A DNA stretch of 61,607 nucleotides, filler included, from Sphacelaria rigidula (Eukaryota): assembly GCA_964200075.2 (NCBI GenBank). It is 3 parts of 3 records of this genome, joined end to end, with 100 filler letters (N's around TTAATTAATTAA, not from the genome) between each part and the next. Parts side by side here need not be neighbours in the genome. Positions count along the whole stretch, not along the records: positions 1 to 20,473 come from CAXNAA020000526.1; positions 20,574 to 41,044 come from CAXNAA020000527.1; 1 more part is not named here. One strand, written 5' to 3'. Each line of letters begins with the position of its first letter. Within the stretch, counting starts at the first letter, position 1. The translations under genes and the position numbers were made by a program. Under the pieces are notes generated by a model. That model did not search any database, had not been told where the DNA came from, and saw only the letters and a list, made by a program, of their open reading frames with translations. This document shows, piece by piece, positions 12,361-24,613 of the stretch.

Positions 12361-13559
12361 GCTGCGGACGGCACGTAGTGCGCCCAAACCTGTACCACTA
12401 TACTCCTACGCCTGAAACGGTATGAATGGCCAATCGATTTTCGAGGTGTTGTGAGCAAAACATGAGAAATATTATTCTATACTTCAAGAGAGTGCTTCAA
12501 CCTTGACTCGAAACTGCAGTATAGCGCAGCACGGGAGTAACAATTGGAATTGGCTGAACAAAGCAGCAGCTTCGGGCGGACAGAAAGCACTCAGCAGCTC
12601 TCCGAAACTCGAGGTACTTGTCACGCAGTTCTGCATCAAATATGGGCAGCTTCGCTCAGGATACGCCACGCAATGTGTTGGGTCTGGGGGTGGCCTGTAA
12701 TGCGCTGTTCGGACACTAAACAACCTTGAAGTGTCGTTTATTTGAACCGTCGTTTCTTTCTGCTAAGAAGGAGGCCAATAGATGGCACTGGTTTTCTTTG
12801 AGCTCACCTGCGACTATGGCTGCACAGCAAACAGAGCGTACGCAGTAGTAATCATGGCGACCATCCACCTACATTTTTGTGAATCATCACAGCAGATATT
12901 TTTCAGCCTTCGCTGTCGTGTTTTTGAGTCAGACAGCGTACGGTGCTTCTTGTGAGGACGGTATCCTGCAGTCAGCATAACAGGCTGTGGTAGATTCGGT
13001 TCACTATGCACAACAGTATGGGGCATACAGGACAGTACTGCACCGACATGTACTCGGTCGTTTTTATGCCGCTCTGACCAGGAATGTAATATACACCTGA
13101 TATATGACGCACAAGCGCATGTGCCTTATTTTCATGTTTAGTTTGAAAGGATAATTCAACGGGCCGTACACAAAATTGGGGAACAGCTTCCAAACCACAG
13201 CGCTAGACCTTTGAAGGTGCTTCCAGGCCTTGACCGCCAATATCACGAGTAGGATTTTTTGCCTAAACCAGCGCCGTGTGCGTGAAGATTAAGTTGCATA
13301 TGCCAGGATCACGATGACAGAGAGCTTTCCTACAGACAGTACACGGTACAGACCGTGGTTACAGTCCTGCTTTCCTCAGCTGTGATGAACGATGCTGTGT
13401 ATGTTTTTTTTTGGCGACCGAAGAAAAGGGGCGCGGGAGTCAATCGTGGTGAAATATGATAAAAGTTTCTTTGCCGCATGAAACTCGCACTCTCCCCCCC
13501 CTTCATTACTAATGCACATCCGCACCGTACATCAGGCCGACATTCAACTGTACTGGTCT

Positions 13560-14030
13560 ACATAGCGTAAGTACCTTGGGATTCCCTGGATTTTCAGGGT
13601 ATTCAAAGCACTGACTACTCCAGAGTACGCAGGGTGTTGACTGCCGAAATACCAAATTCCACAGGGTATGGACTGAACATCGCACTGTACGAAGAAGTCC
13701 GGAATACTCCGGGTAAATGGTACCACCTGCCGAAAACGTTCCGTATTTCATGGTACGCGAGTTGTTGACTGCGTACGTCAGAGTCCCTGGGTTATTTATT
13801 GAGTTTGAAAGCACTCAGTATTTCAGAGTACCCAGGGTATGGATAGCTTAGAATACCCAGCATGCCGTCCTCCCAGGATACCCAAGGTACTCCTGCCGAA
13901 AGTACCGAGTATCTCAGGGTATGTTGGCCCCTAGAAATGCCCAGAATGGCACCTACAGTAGGTGAGTGCAAGTTTTACTGAGTACTGCGGATACCCAAGG
14001 TATCAAAAGCCGAAAATACACACTGTTGCC
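13560..14030. repeat. Degenerate GGGTA/TACCC-rich repeat
   Basis: Dense cagggtat, atacccaaggta and gagtac motifs. Confidence 0.55.
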
Positions 14031-15304
14031 TCCCTGTTTTGTGTGCTTGAATAGCCAAGTGGCCCCTACATAAATGATCGAATACAGCTTGACTACGAGG
14101 TAGGCGGTCTACACATAGTGTACAAATTAATTACTCTGAAGTATCAACATGGTCACTATTCTCTTCCCTGCATCCGCCGCTTGACCCATCATTTCCCTGA
14201 AAAACACGCAAGTTTCGATCTGGGGACCCTCTCAGTTGATCTGAAAAGCTCCCCCCCCTCACGCCTCGAAGCCTGGGACTATCGCCCAGTGATACAATTC
14301 CGAGCAGAAGCTTGCAGTCACAGGGTTGAAGGTTGAAGACCTACGGTACCTAGATGGCGGAAGAGAACACTGGTGTGAAGTGTACCACTTATTCAGCGGG
14401 CGTATCAGCCCCTGGTGATCGCTATTCTGCCGTTCTCGGCATGATGTAGATTTCAATAGGGATAGTTATTTTCAGCATCAATCATCAATTATCACTGTCA
14501 TCATCATCATCATCAACAACAACATATTTATTAGCGTAAGCAAAAAATCGATGACAAAACCCTTTACTTTAAGCCTTATCAAAAAGGATCCTTTCCGGAA
14601 CACTTTTCGCCGAACCCCTTCCTCCTGTCGTCAGTTTCTTGCCGTCGTCGAGCGAACAATTTCTGTCATTGAGGGTGTTAGTGTTGAGTAAACACCAGGG
14701 GGATGGATGTTGGAGAAAGCCATCAAAGGCCTTCGTTAGGAGCAGGTACTATACTGCTGCTCCTACCAAGAGAAGATGGTGTAGGGATAGATGTAGATAT
14801 TGCGGTTGAGGGAGGGGCCGTGCCGTAGAGAGAGGATGTCGGAGTTGCGGGACCGTCGCACTTACGTTTGTTGGGGTCAGAAATTCCCGACTCCATCCGC
14901 GCGATTTTTGCTGCAGCTTCCCCATCTTTTACTATTTTCTTTAAGTCAGTCGCGAGCTCTGCTTCTCGGGGTGAAAATTTCACAGACCTCAGGCTGCTCT
15001 CGAAAATCACATCCCTTTCATCCAAGGCAAGACCTCTGCGTTGCACAGTTTATTTGTTGTATCGTGGGTTGATCTATTTTTGGGGTGGTCGGTCTCAGGA
15101 ATATAGTGAGGGGAGGATGACAGTCTCAGGACAGTCGGCAGCAGACAGTCTCGATTTTGGAGTGGGGTTCAAGGACCGAGGGCCTAGCCCATCACTAGGT
15201 GAGCCTGATTGTTTGAACTGAGGACCTTGGTGGGCAAATAGCGCATTAATTCAAAGTCAAACTTCTGGCATCTTTTCTTCAACACCCTGCACACGGCCAC
15301 GAGG

Positions 15305-15400
15305 AAACTCCCTCCTGTTTGACCCCGGCGGATGCGTCTTTATATAGCGAAAGGTGTAACTCGCGTCCAAAATAGATGGGATAAGAACACAGCAGCAGAC
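15305..15400 (+). mobile_element. SINE/LINE 3' tail shared with family A
   Basis: cctcctgtttgacccc..gatgcg..cgaaaggtgta..aatagatggga..aacacagcag matches the family A tail. Confidence 0.6.
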
Positions 15401-15548
15401 ACCGCGCAGCGTTGGTTCCAATACACGCAGTAGTAGTGGACGGTGTCGTGCAGACTGTGGTACAGACAGCACTGTAATGGAGGTACGGTGTTCGGGTGTT
15501 CGAGACCACTGTTGCACTGTTGTCTTGAAATCAAGACACATGTACGTA

Positions 15549-15551
<3 letters not shown>

Positions 15552-15590
<39 letters not shown>
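15552..15590. repeat. (TA)n microsatellite
   Basis: Directly visible. Confidence 0.98.
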
Positions 15591-15594
<4 letters not shown>

Positions 15595-17977
15595 ACCTGT
15601 ACTCAGATACTCGATTTTGTTCAAGTCATCCCAGCGTCTTTTCTCTTCATGCCAGAACGATTACTGCGTGTTCACCGGGGAGGCGAACCCCCTCCCCGCT
15701 ACCTGCAAAGAAAATGGAGAGACAACGGCGAACACACTCCGATATTGTAGTCGGTATGAATATAAAAGCAAGAGTCATGCGGTTCTTAATTTAAGTTCCT
15801 TGGAACAAGGTAGATATTTTGGTGAACTTTTCTTTGGTGTGCGTTTGTCGAGAGTTCTCTGTTGTATGATCTCTTGGCTTCTGCCGCTATCTGGTGGTAG
15901 TTGGTCTGTGTATGTGGGAGTGTGATTTGTGTTGTGGGCGTGCGTGCCGTGGCCTGCGCTATCTGCCGGCTCTTTTGTGCGCGGGCGGGTTCAAAAATGG
16001 TGCGCCCGCTCTCTCCTGCGCGGGTGAATTCGAAAACGGTGTCGGTTGGACCGGCGGGTCCACGTCATTGGTTGAGAGCTCACGAAACCAATCGGAAGGA
16101 CGAAGACGAATCATTCTCATTATCACCGCGCGCTCATTTTTGCTCGGTTAACACAACCTCATAGTTGAGCACCAACTCAGACATCCCCTCCGACGTTCCA
16201 ATCCCGTCGGTGCTATAATCCCTTGCTTTTGTTGAGGACGGAGCGTTGGTCGGGAGACTCCTTTGAGGGGCCGACTTTGACACCCCAATTTTCCTCGGCG
16301 ACGTGTACGATCCGAGCACTCCTTCCGCGGTGTGTGCTTCGAATTGGAATACAATCGGCTGTAACCTTTCCCAGGGCATGCCCCGCGATGGGAAAAAATA
16401 AATAATTACTTTTTATGTAGCTTTTGACGGGAAGCTTGAAAAACACTTAAAAAGCGGTCCAACCTCAAAATATGTCGACGGTGTGTAGGTGTGTGCGGCG
16501 TCTGAAGAGGGAGGACGTCATCTTGACGCACAATTACCGCGTGTTAAGTGCATCTAAGGAAACGAACAAATGGTCCATCGTCGGTAAAATGTTGTCGTAC
16601 AACCCGGACACTTTTCGGAGGCCAACACCCCCCTCCCCCCCGTTAGCATCCCTAACGGTGAGGCCTCCTTTGTTCTTTCGTAGTGGTTACGGTTAGCCGT
16701 GGAATTGAAAGTTCTTAGATTTTATCGATAAGTTATGGTCAGTGCCAGGGTTACTGGTTTCTTTTTCGCTTCGTTGTTCAAAACCTCCACGCACCCCAGA
16801 CCGGCCGCGCGGATACTTGCGGCACTGCTGCCACGTGCGTCAGCCGTGGCTTACCACTAGTGGGTATTTATTGATAAATGTTGAGCGATTGGTGGATATG
16901 GTGTACATCACCGGCACTGGATCGGAAAATTTCTTACGCCGCATCGTTATCTCTCGTGTGCCCTTGCCATTTCGGAAGGACAGAGAAAGCACCTACAACG
17001 TACGATGTGCACATAGAATGCAGGTACCCAGCTGTTGTTGGCTTCGTTATGTTCAACAGTAGCACGCTCCGCGTGTAGTGTGTCCAACTGAATTCGTGTA
17101 GGAACATCGTTAGTCGCGGCATAAAACTCTCATTCTTCGAATAGGCAGTTCCAATGGTGCTAATCCCCTAGTGCAGCACGCCACCTTTGTGTCTCAGTAC
17201 GGTCATGTCATATACCATGGTTCGCAAAGCCGCATAAACCCAATCCATAGTATACTGTGCTTTACTGTACTATACACGATGGGTGGTGGCAATTAACATA
17301 TAAGCAAGCACTCCACTCTCCGAGTTTGTAAGGCGCTCCACTCACGCTCTGTTGTACACGCTGTGGCCTTTTTGCAACATGTAAATCTTTCGCGAAGGGC
17401 TTTACTGTGCTTTCTCTCAAGTCGGATTGCCATCAAGTACGCCAGCATTCAAACTTCAGTATATCAGGCCGGACATATTTCATTCGTTTATCGACTAAAT
17501 GCTGCTCGTGCTACCAGTAATGAGGCTGTTTGCACATCAGTACCCGCCTGCTGAAAATGATCTTAGGTTTTGACGGCGAGTAAAGTAGTGCTAGGCGACA
17601 AGTATAGAATTTCAAACAAGTGAGGTAGTATTCTTGTCTGGTTTCAAGTATGATCGTGTGTACTGTACGGCACCGTGCGCAGTCTTTGAACCAGAAGATA
17701 GCCTCGCAAGCACGAACAGCCCTTACCCTTGTACCCCCACCCTTGCGATGACACAACAGCACACATCTGAGGAAGGACGGCTGACTGCGGCCTACAGTCC
17801 AATACACTGGGGGCAAGTGCGACGTAGACGCGGGATGCTTGTACCCAGTTGATCTGCTGATACCAAAGCATGACACGCACGGAAATCCTGCACTGTACTC
17901 CACACTGTACAGTATAATACAACCAACCGAACTTTCAGGGTAATCAAAATCGTGTACGATGCTGTCTCAGCAGTGTA

Positions 17978-17979
<2 letters not shown>

Positions 17980-18008
<29 letters not shown>
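17980..18008. repeat. (TA)n microsatellite
   Basis: Directly visible. Confidence 0.98.
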
Positions 18009-18012
<4 letters not shown>

Positions 18013-18650
18013 TGTTCAATACACCACCCACGTTAAGGCTGGGCTGCACTAGGATAGGCAACCGTAGCATTACCCCGACTATGCTAGAGTTGACATGCTA
18101 TAATGTTGCACGTGTCAGTGTTTCCTGCGCATGCTTTTCAACGAAAGTTTTGCCCGGATAGACCACTTACTCAACATGTGTATGAACAATTATCTGCAAA
18201 ACCGGATAGACAACACGTGCGGGTTACCTGGCAATTCTCTTTTGTATTCTCAGACGGTTAGTGAACGGTGTTAATCAATAGTTATAATCCATGTTGTATA
18301 AGCACGCACATGCTGTTGGTTGCCTCGTTTATTGCATCGTCCGTCCAGAAATTGAAAAGCCGTCGACGCATTTCACACGAAGAATTGACAAAAAGGGGGT
18401 GTATATGTCGAAGTGAAATTGTGCTTGGCCCAGCTTACAATTGCGGCATATATGATAGTACCACAAGTTCTCAACCACCACAACAATTACACCACAGCGC
18501 CTCCTGTAGGTTGTGTTTGTCGCTACTGTGCAGTGTGTATAACACGCTATTACTGCATGAAGATTGATGTACACGTAGAGGAGAATCCTGAGTGAACGTG
18601 TGCTGCCGCATTTTGTGGTTATGGCTGTGTACTGCCAAAAAACCATTGCC

Positions 18651-18978
18651 GCACCCCGGCGGTCTCATGGTACAATTGACATCATTTCGGCGAGAAAAAA
18701 TACGGGTTGGATGCCCGCGAGATGCGTCCAGTTTGTTCTTGTTCTTGTTCTTATTAATAGAAATATCTCATTTCCATCGTTGAAAGCGCGAGGACGTGAG
18801 CAGCAAAGACTAGTATTTTCGGCTGAGTTTGTTTGACGACGACAGTCGACGCGGTGCGGGATTGCTGATTCTATCCACGTACCAAAATAAGTGTGCCGAA
18901 AAGAGATGAGTTGATCCCTTGAGACCACGGACTCGTCTCAAGGAAGAGGGAGGGGGTATGGGAGTGAAGAAAAAAAAC
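18651..18978 (+). mobile_element. tRNA-derived SINE, family B
   Basis: Head gcaccccggcggtctcatggta..gggttggatgcc; core gtcgacg..gggattgctga shared with family A; tail gagatg..ttgatcccttgagacca..aggaaga also found at 23465-23540. Confidence 0.6.
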
Positions 18979-19308
18979 GTTTGTTGACCTTGTGCGTATA
19001 TACAAGGAGAGTGAGTTGACCACACCTGCGTATCATTTTCGAACCTTCCACGGGTGCGCAGTTCTAACAATCCTGCATTCGTAGCGAGAGTATAGGATTG
19101 AAAAAAAGAAACGCTAGCTCGCAATCGTCAGCCTAACCAACCCTTTGACTTCGACCCTCGCGCACATGAACTATGATGAACTATGGTCAGGGTTTCATAA
19201 CTTTTTTTTCAAACAACACAGAAAGCCTAATTACATGAACAAACTGATGTCAAGCATGTGCATGTAATAATTGCATGGGGAAAACCCCTGACTAGTTCGG
19301 AGTTACTA

Positions 19309-19393
19309 GGCCAAGCCTAGTTCATTTCCGCCCACTTTCGTTGGGTACATGCTATCATGCTGTCTTTGAGGCGAAAACGAACTAGGCTTGGCC
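19309..19393. repeat. Short hairpin / MITE remnant
   Basis: ggccaagcctagttc ... gaactaggcttggcc, a 15-bp perfect inverted repeat. Confidence 0.65.
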
Positions 19394-20396
19394 GTGGTGC
19401 GTTCGGGGCAGTGCTGGTACACCTCCAGCATTTTTTCGGTATATTGCAATACCTGTACTGCTGTTGTACCTCACAAATTTTATTCACCAGCGACTAGACA
19501 CTAAAGTACAACACACGAAAATGCATCATCGTTCTCCCCTCCACAGAGTCTACACTCGATGTTCTACGAGAAGAACACACAGGCCAGTCCCGAAGGCTGT
19601 ACGAGAAACAAACGCTTTGTGCTTCAAGGGTTGAGAGAGTCTTTGCGGTTTGGATAATACAGGGCGCGACTGCCAGGTAGTCCAACGTAGTCTACCCGAA
19701 AGAGAACATTACGGACTAGCTCTAAGCGATTAATCAAAAGCATCGAAATAATCACACCTTCTCTGTGTTTCAGGTCTGTTATCTGACCTAGAAGTTATCT
19801 CGAGACATCCATAGCTGATCTGGGAAGGTTTTATGAGTGCATATGATGCGATTGAGATACCATCTCAGACTACATAATCAGAATATAGGTAACCTCCAAG
19901 AATTTTCGACCCGGTTAAACTAAGAAGTCGGTTCACCTAGTTCAAGGTGATGGTGACGCTAACATACTTTCATGCTATCCAGATTCTCATGTCGTATGTG
20001 AACGCGCAGTACGTGCGTATTGTACTATACTACACTCTACTTTACTGTGCTGCATTTCGTAGGATACTGCTTAGTTGTAAGCCTTTCAGGACTCTGTACT
20101 GTACGGTGCTGTTCCGTGCTACTATAATTCCAGTGTACCGTGCACTGGTTGTCTGCCTGTATTGAAACGTAATATAGTGCAGTATACGTTACGGTATTGT
20201 ACTATGTTGTACTCTTCTGTACTGGGAAGGTTTCTTCGATGATGTGGGAAACCACGCTCCACACTCGAAGGACCCCCCCCCTGCTATACGGAGGCCAATA
20301 GATGTGCCTGGACTGTCACGAGGTAAAACTGACCCGAAACGAAGCTCGCAGTCAACGGGTTTGAATGTTCCGTCCCAGATTCATTGATCGCAGTGA

Positions 20397-20473
20397 AAAT
20401 TCGACTCAACGGTCGACGAGGGAAAGGGATTGCTGAACCCCTCTCGCGATAAAAAACAAAGGCAAGCACAGAT
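20397..20473 (+). mobile_element. SINE family A core fragment, truncated by assembly gap
   Basis: aaaattcgactc..ggtcgacgagggaaagggattgctgaacccctctcgcgataaaaa is shared with 22270-22345. Confidence 0.75.
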
Positions 20474-20573
20474 NNNNNNNNNNNNNNNNNNNNNNNNNNN
20501 NNNNNNNNNNNNNNNNNTTAATTAATTAANNNNNNNNNNNNNNNNNNNNNNNNNNNNNNNNNNNNNNNNNNNN
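20474..20573. other. Assembly gap with artificial six-frame-stop linker
   Basis: N44-TTAATTAATTAA-N44. Confidence 0.97.
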
Positions 20574-21672
20574 ATCCTGCCAAGATTGTTCCGTCCGAAG
20601 CCTACTGATTATCTTGCATTTGGATGACAGCCTACAATGAGTTGCTCCATTTTCTGGTATCGCAACCTCCAGAGACAGTAACGGCATATATACTGCCTCA
20701 CGGGTGTCTCACCATTTAACCACTACGTAGTACGATCATCCCCTTTGTGCGGAGTTGAGGTTCTCGCACGCCGGACAACATGATTTAGCTCGACCACCAT
20801 CATGGTAACCGCAAAAAAAAAACGTAAGCACGCAAAAAAATCAGTAATCTGGTTACCTAGCTTACGCAGTGGGTGGCGTGTTTTACAGCGTCGTGGCCAG
20901 TCGACGCCAACCCCATCGGGGGTCCGCCCCTACAAGGCCGGGATGGAGCACGCCGAGTTCTCGCCGGATCAGGCTGAACGCCAGGGGGGGTGAGGGGCGG
21001 GGCGTGAAGGTATGCCCAGGGATCAGCAATTTATTATTATGGGGTGACGGATAAGTGATAGGACTGACGTGAAAGTGGGGGGAGGCAAGAGAGTTGATTT
21101 GGTATACGATCCCGACGTATGTTCGATAGTTTTGTCATGGGCTAATCTGTACGAGACGGGGTACTGCGAGGTACAGCCAATAAATTTTCGTGTTGAGGCT
21201 TATTGACTTGGTATTAAGATATTATCCTGGGGTGTGCTTGTTGTTCTACTTACTACTGCACATCTCGAGTTCTTCATTGGTAGATCTGACCTATTTGTTT
21301 CACCACATTCCGGCCAACTCAGTAAGAGTTTTTTTCCATCTCTCTTGTTTCCTTGACGTCCTCCTCTTATTGCTGTAGTTTGCTTTGTTTGGGAGACTCA
21401 GGAGAAGCCGTTCAATAGGCGCCTGTATTTCATGTAAGGAACTGCGATGGCGGTGCTTGAAAGGCGAGGCTACGCCTGTGACCGCGGGTTCGAGAGATTG
21501 GGCTAATGTGCGGAAACAACAACAAGAAATAAAACAATAATAGTAATAATGATGATGGTTATGATAACGACAACCTATGGGCACGGGTGCCTTGTCTGCA
21601 GGATTGCTTGGTGGTCATATCGAACACATCTACTCCTTCTTCCCACTTCTGCAAACGAAACGAGCTGCAAAA

Positions 21673-21778
21673 CGAGCCTGGTCGAGCGAAAACCCGGCGT
21701 GCTTCGTCCCGGCTTTGTAGGGATGCGAGGTTAATGGTCTCATGACTATGGCATGCATGATCATGAGTACACCCCTAC
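21673..21778 (+). mobile_element. ~100-nt short retroposon-like repeat (family C)
   Basis: cgagcctggtc...tgtagggatgcgagg..atggcatgcatgatcatgagtacacccc, flanked by a ctgcaaa direct repeat. Confidence 0.8.
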
Positions 21779-22128
21779 TGCAAATCTTCCGTACTGAGGT
21801 ATCTTCAGCGTATTAGGGCGATGGGCGGTATACGCAGTGATGGGAGGCACGACCTTGCAGTCTCCTTTGCTTTCCCTCTTACAATGGTACTACATAGTGG
21901 GTGAGGTTTTCTGTTTGACCTTCAGGTTTCGTAGGTTGAATAATGAGCGCGCAGGAGCCTGGATCTTCGAAGCGCCCACAAGGAGGGCTCTTGTGTGTCA
22001 TGACACGCACGAAACTCGGAGCCCTATTCTTCAATCAAGATGTGGATTTCAATGCACAGGTTAGTCGCCATAGGGGAATATGTACAGTAACGCCTACGCC
22101 TCCCCATACTATATTTCACAATGAGCAG

Positions 22129-22490
22129 CCGGTCGCCCCGGTGGCTCAGTTGGTAACCTCGTAACCTTCTGATAATTGGGTTGTGGGTTCGCATTTCGCT
22201 GAAGTCGGAGTGATTTTTTTTTTTTCACACCATACCCAACATTGGAGAGCAATTATCTCGTGGGTACACAAAATTCGACTTAATGGTCGACGAGAGAAAG
22301 GAATTGCTGAACCCCTCTCGCGATAAAAAGTAAAGGCAAGCACAGCAGAAGGAAGATGGAGAACTATAATAAAACAAAAACAAAAGGACTCCTGTGTTGG
22401 CCTTCCTCCTGTGTGACCCTGGCTGATGATGCGCCCACACGTACCGAAAGGTGGAGACTGGCGTGCAGAATGGATGGGATGACAACACAC
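22129..22490 (+). mobile_element. tRNA-derived SINE, family A
   Basis: A-box tggctcagttggta, B-box-like gggttcgcatt, a T-run, a conserved body and an ACA-type tail; collinear with 51093-51464. Confidence 0.8.
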
Positions 22491-22607
22491 ATTGAAATTG
22501 CATTGATGTACGCAAGAGCCAATCCGATTGCGCAGAGGAGTTAAGTATGGCAGATAGTGCCGCGGCGCGGTTGGGATGATGGCTCAACCTGCGGCTGCTG
22601 AAAGCTG

Positions 22608-22742
22608 CATACCCTGGACAATAGAATACACGGTCGAAAAATGTACTGCGTACAGTATGGAATATATTGTCTCTTTGAGACAATATATTCCATACTGTAC
22701 GCAGTACATTTTTCGACCGTGTATTCTATTGTCCAGGGTATG
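22608..22742. mobile_element. hAT-type palindromic MITE, recent copy
   Basis: 66-bp perfect arms (CATACCCTGGACAA...) with a 3-nt loop; exact 8-bp TSD GAAAGCTG at 22600-22607 and 22743-22750. Confidence 0.9.
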
Positions 22743-23559
22743 GAAAGCTGTCGTTCGGGCAGCAGCGCGGTTGGATAGCATTTTTTTGTCGTTGTCTACT
22801 CGAGGAGATAGATAGACTACTGCCGCATACACTGCAGGCAACGTATCTGCGATACGCCGAACGAAATGAGTAATTTATTAGGAGGGCTTCCGAATGCCCT
22901 CAGCAGTCCCCTGAAGCGCCGTGTGTCGACCGGCAGGATTGCCCTGGTTAGGTCGAGGGTGATCGGCGTTTGCCAATAGATAGGTAGGTGGGAATCACTT
23001 GCTCTTGGATCGAGGACAAAAAATCTGGCAGTATACATGCCTGTCGGTGCCGCTATAGTACTGTGCTGTATTATACTGTACCATACCGTGCAGGGAACTA
23101 GGTGTCTGCAGGTAGTGGCCGTGGGTTTACCTGAACGCGCCCGCTCGACCGACATGTAGCCATCACTACTGCAGATCTTAAACCCAGGTTCCGACTGCCT
23201 TCTGCTTTTGCCGACAACGCGTTATTGCCGCTGACGACCGCGATTCTTCGAACGGCAACAAGTAAGATCTAAGACAAGAAACCCGGAGTATGTTTCTACG
23301 GATAAAAGTTAGTTCAAGTCTGGCTCCCTGCCCTTGTACGCAACGCCTTCGGTATGCAGCTCAGGACCTGTGTCCTCTCCGTACACTTATTGCTCCTGTC
23401 GAACAGGCAGCGAGCATCAATTCGTGCCGTGCTAACGTCTTGCAAATACATGATGATGGTGCAGGAGAGATGCATTGATCCCTTGAGACCAAAGACATAT
23501 CCCGAGGAAGAAGTTGGGCGGGAAGTGTGGGAAGGAAAACTACTTGCGAGCACGGCCAG

Positions 23560-24613
23560 CCTATAAACGGAGCTGTAAACAACAACGAAGGTCCCAGATG
23601 GAAAGCTCAAGCTCGCCCCATCAAGTGGGCCTCCTGCGCGCTACAGTGCTAACACGACTAAGTCCGGCGGCGCCGGCATCGATTCTCCGTCCAAGTCGGA
23701 CAGGCCGTGTATCAAACTTGCGAGGGCCGTCGGCCACAAAAGGAGCAGGCAAGACATAATTCGGGCGAAGGAAAGAGACGTCATAATTGCCCGGGAGAAT
23801 TCCAGGCACAGTGACATCATGTAGTTGATGCAGAAACCGCGGGCGGATGATTCCGCCGGCGTGACATTAGTAGAAGCGGTGGGGAAGGTCGCTATGACCC
23901 TTCAACGGTCCGCAGCGAAGAGGGATGAGTTCTTCGCTGCGAAGATCCGCGAAAGGGACCTGGCCATGTTGAAGGAAAGAATCACTGTCGCGGAGGAGTT
24001 CGGCTTTGTAGATGACGCGCGAACCATGAAGCGTGAGTTATATGCTATGACGCGAGCACCTCCCCAAGGGCCCGCCCCAGCGCCTGCCGCAGCCTGTGCC
24101 GAGGAGCGCCAGCCTCCTTCCGAGGTCGCAAACCCTTACGGCTCCGGGGGGGATGATAGTGGCACCGATGCTCTGCTGGGATCGTTGGGCGACGGTCGAA
24201 AGGAGTCGCCGGCGGCTCCACCTGCAGCGGCACCTGCCGCACTGTCAGCGGGCGGAGACCCGCATGGTTGCCGCGCCGACACGCCTGCCCCCGTGCACGG
24301 GTCCCTTGCGGAAGTGTGTCTGCTGGAAACGTTTACACGCCGTGTGGATGCATCACCGCGGGATCCGCCTGCATCGGCGAATGCCGCCGCGCCATCGCCG
24401 ACACAGCAGTCTGTCGCCACTGCCGCCATGCCCAGTCGGAGAAACGCATACAATGTTTCGAACTTGCAGATTTTGGAGATGTTGCCGGGCGGTGCCCGCA
24501 ACTCGTCGTCCGCAACGCCTGCACAACCACCTCACGCGGCCGCGCATCTGCCGCGGCCACCAGTACGCCCGCGTCGGTGGGGGGCAGTGGCGAAAACGGC
24601 CGTGCGGTTGTGA
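23560..24613 (+). pseudogene. Candidate Harbinger companion ORF2 (NAM-associated-like C-terminal region), disrupted
   Basis: The frame of ORF 23825..24613 extends upstream through stops (KSDRPCIKLARAVGHKRSRQD, loosely like the RPxGxKxAK motif), followed by a charged helix (RDEFFAAKIRERDLAMLKE) and a Pro/Ala tail. It is convergent with the transposase. Confidence 0.4.

Noticed and set aside
20518..20529. Biological TTAA / piggyBac target array
   Set aside because: Embedded symmetrically in N runs and repeated at 41089; it is an assembly linker.
22420..22460. Hammerhead-like CTGATGA..CGAAA in the SINE A tail
   Set aside because: CUGANGA is not conserved in the 51.4-kb and 15.3-kb copies and the stems are weak.
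23430..23545. Myb/SANT-like N-terminus of Harbinger ORF2
   Set aside because: The DNA matches the SINE family B tail at 18900-18978, so the translation is fortuitous.
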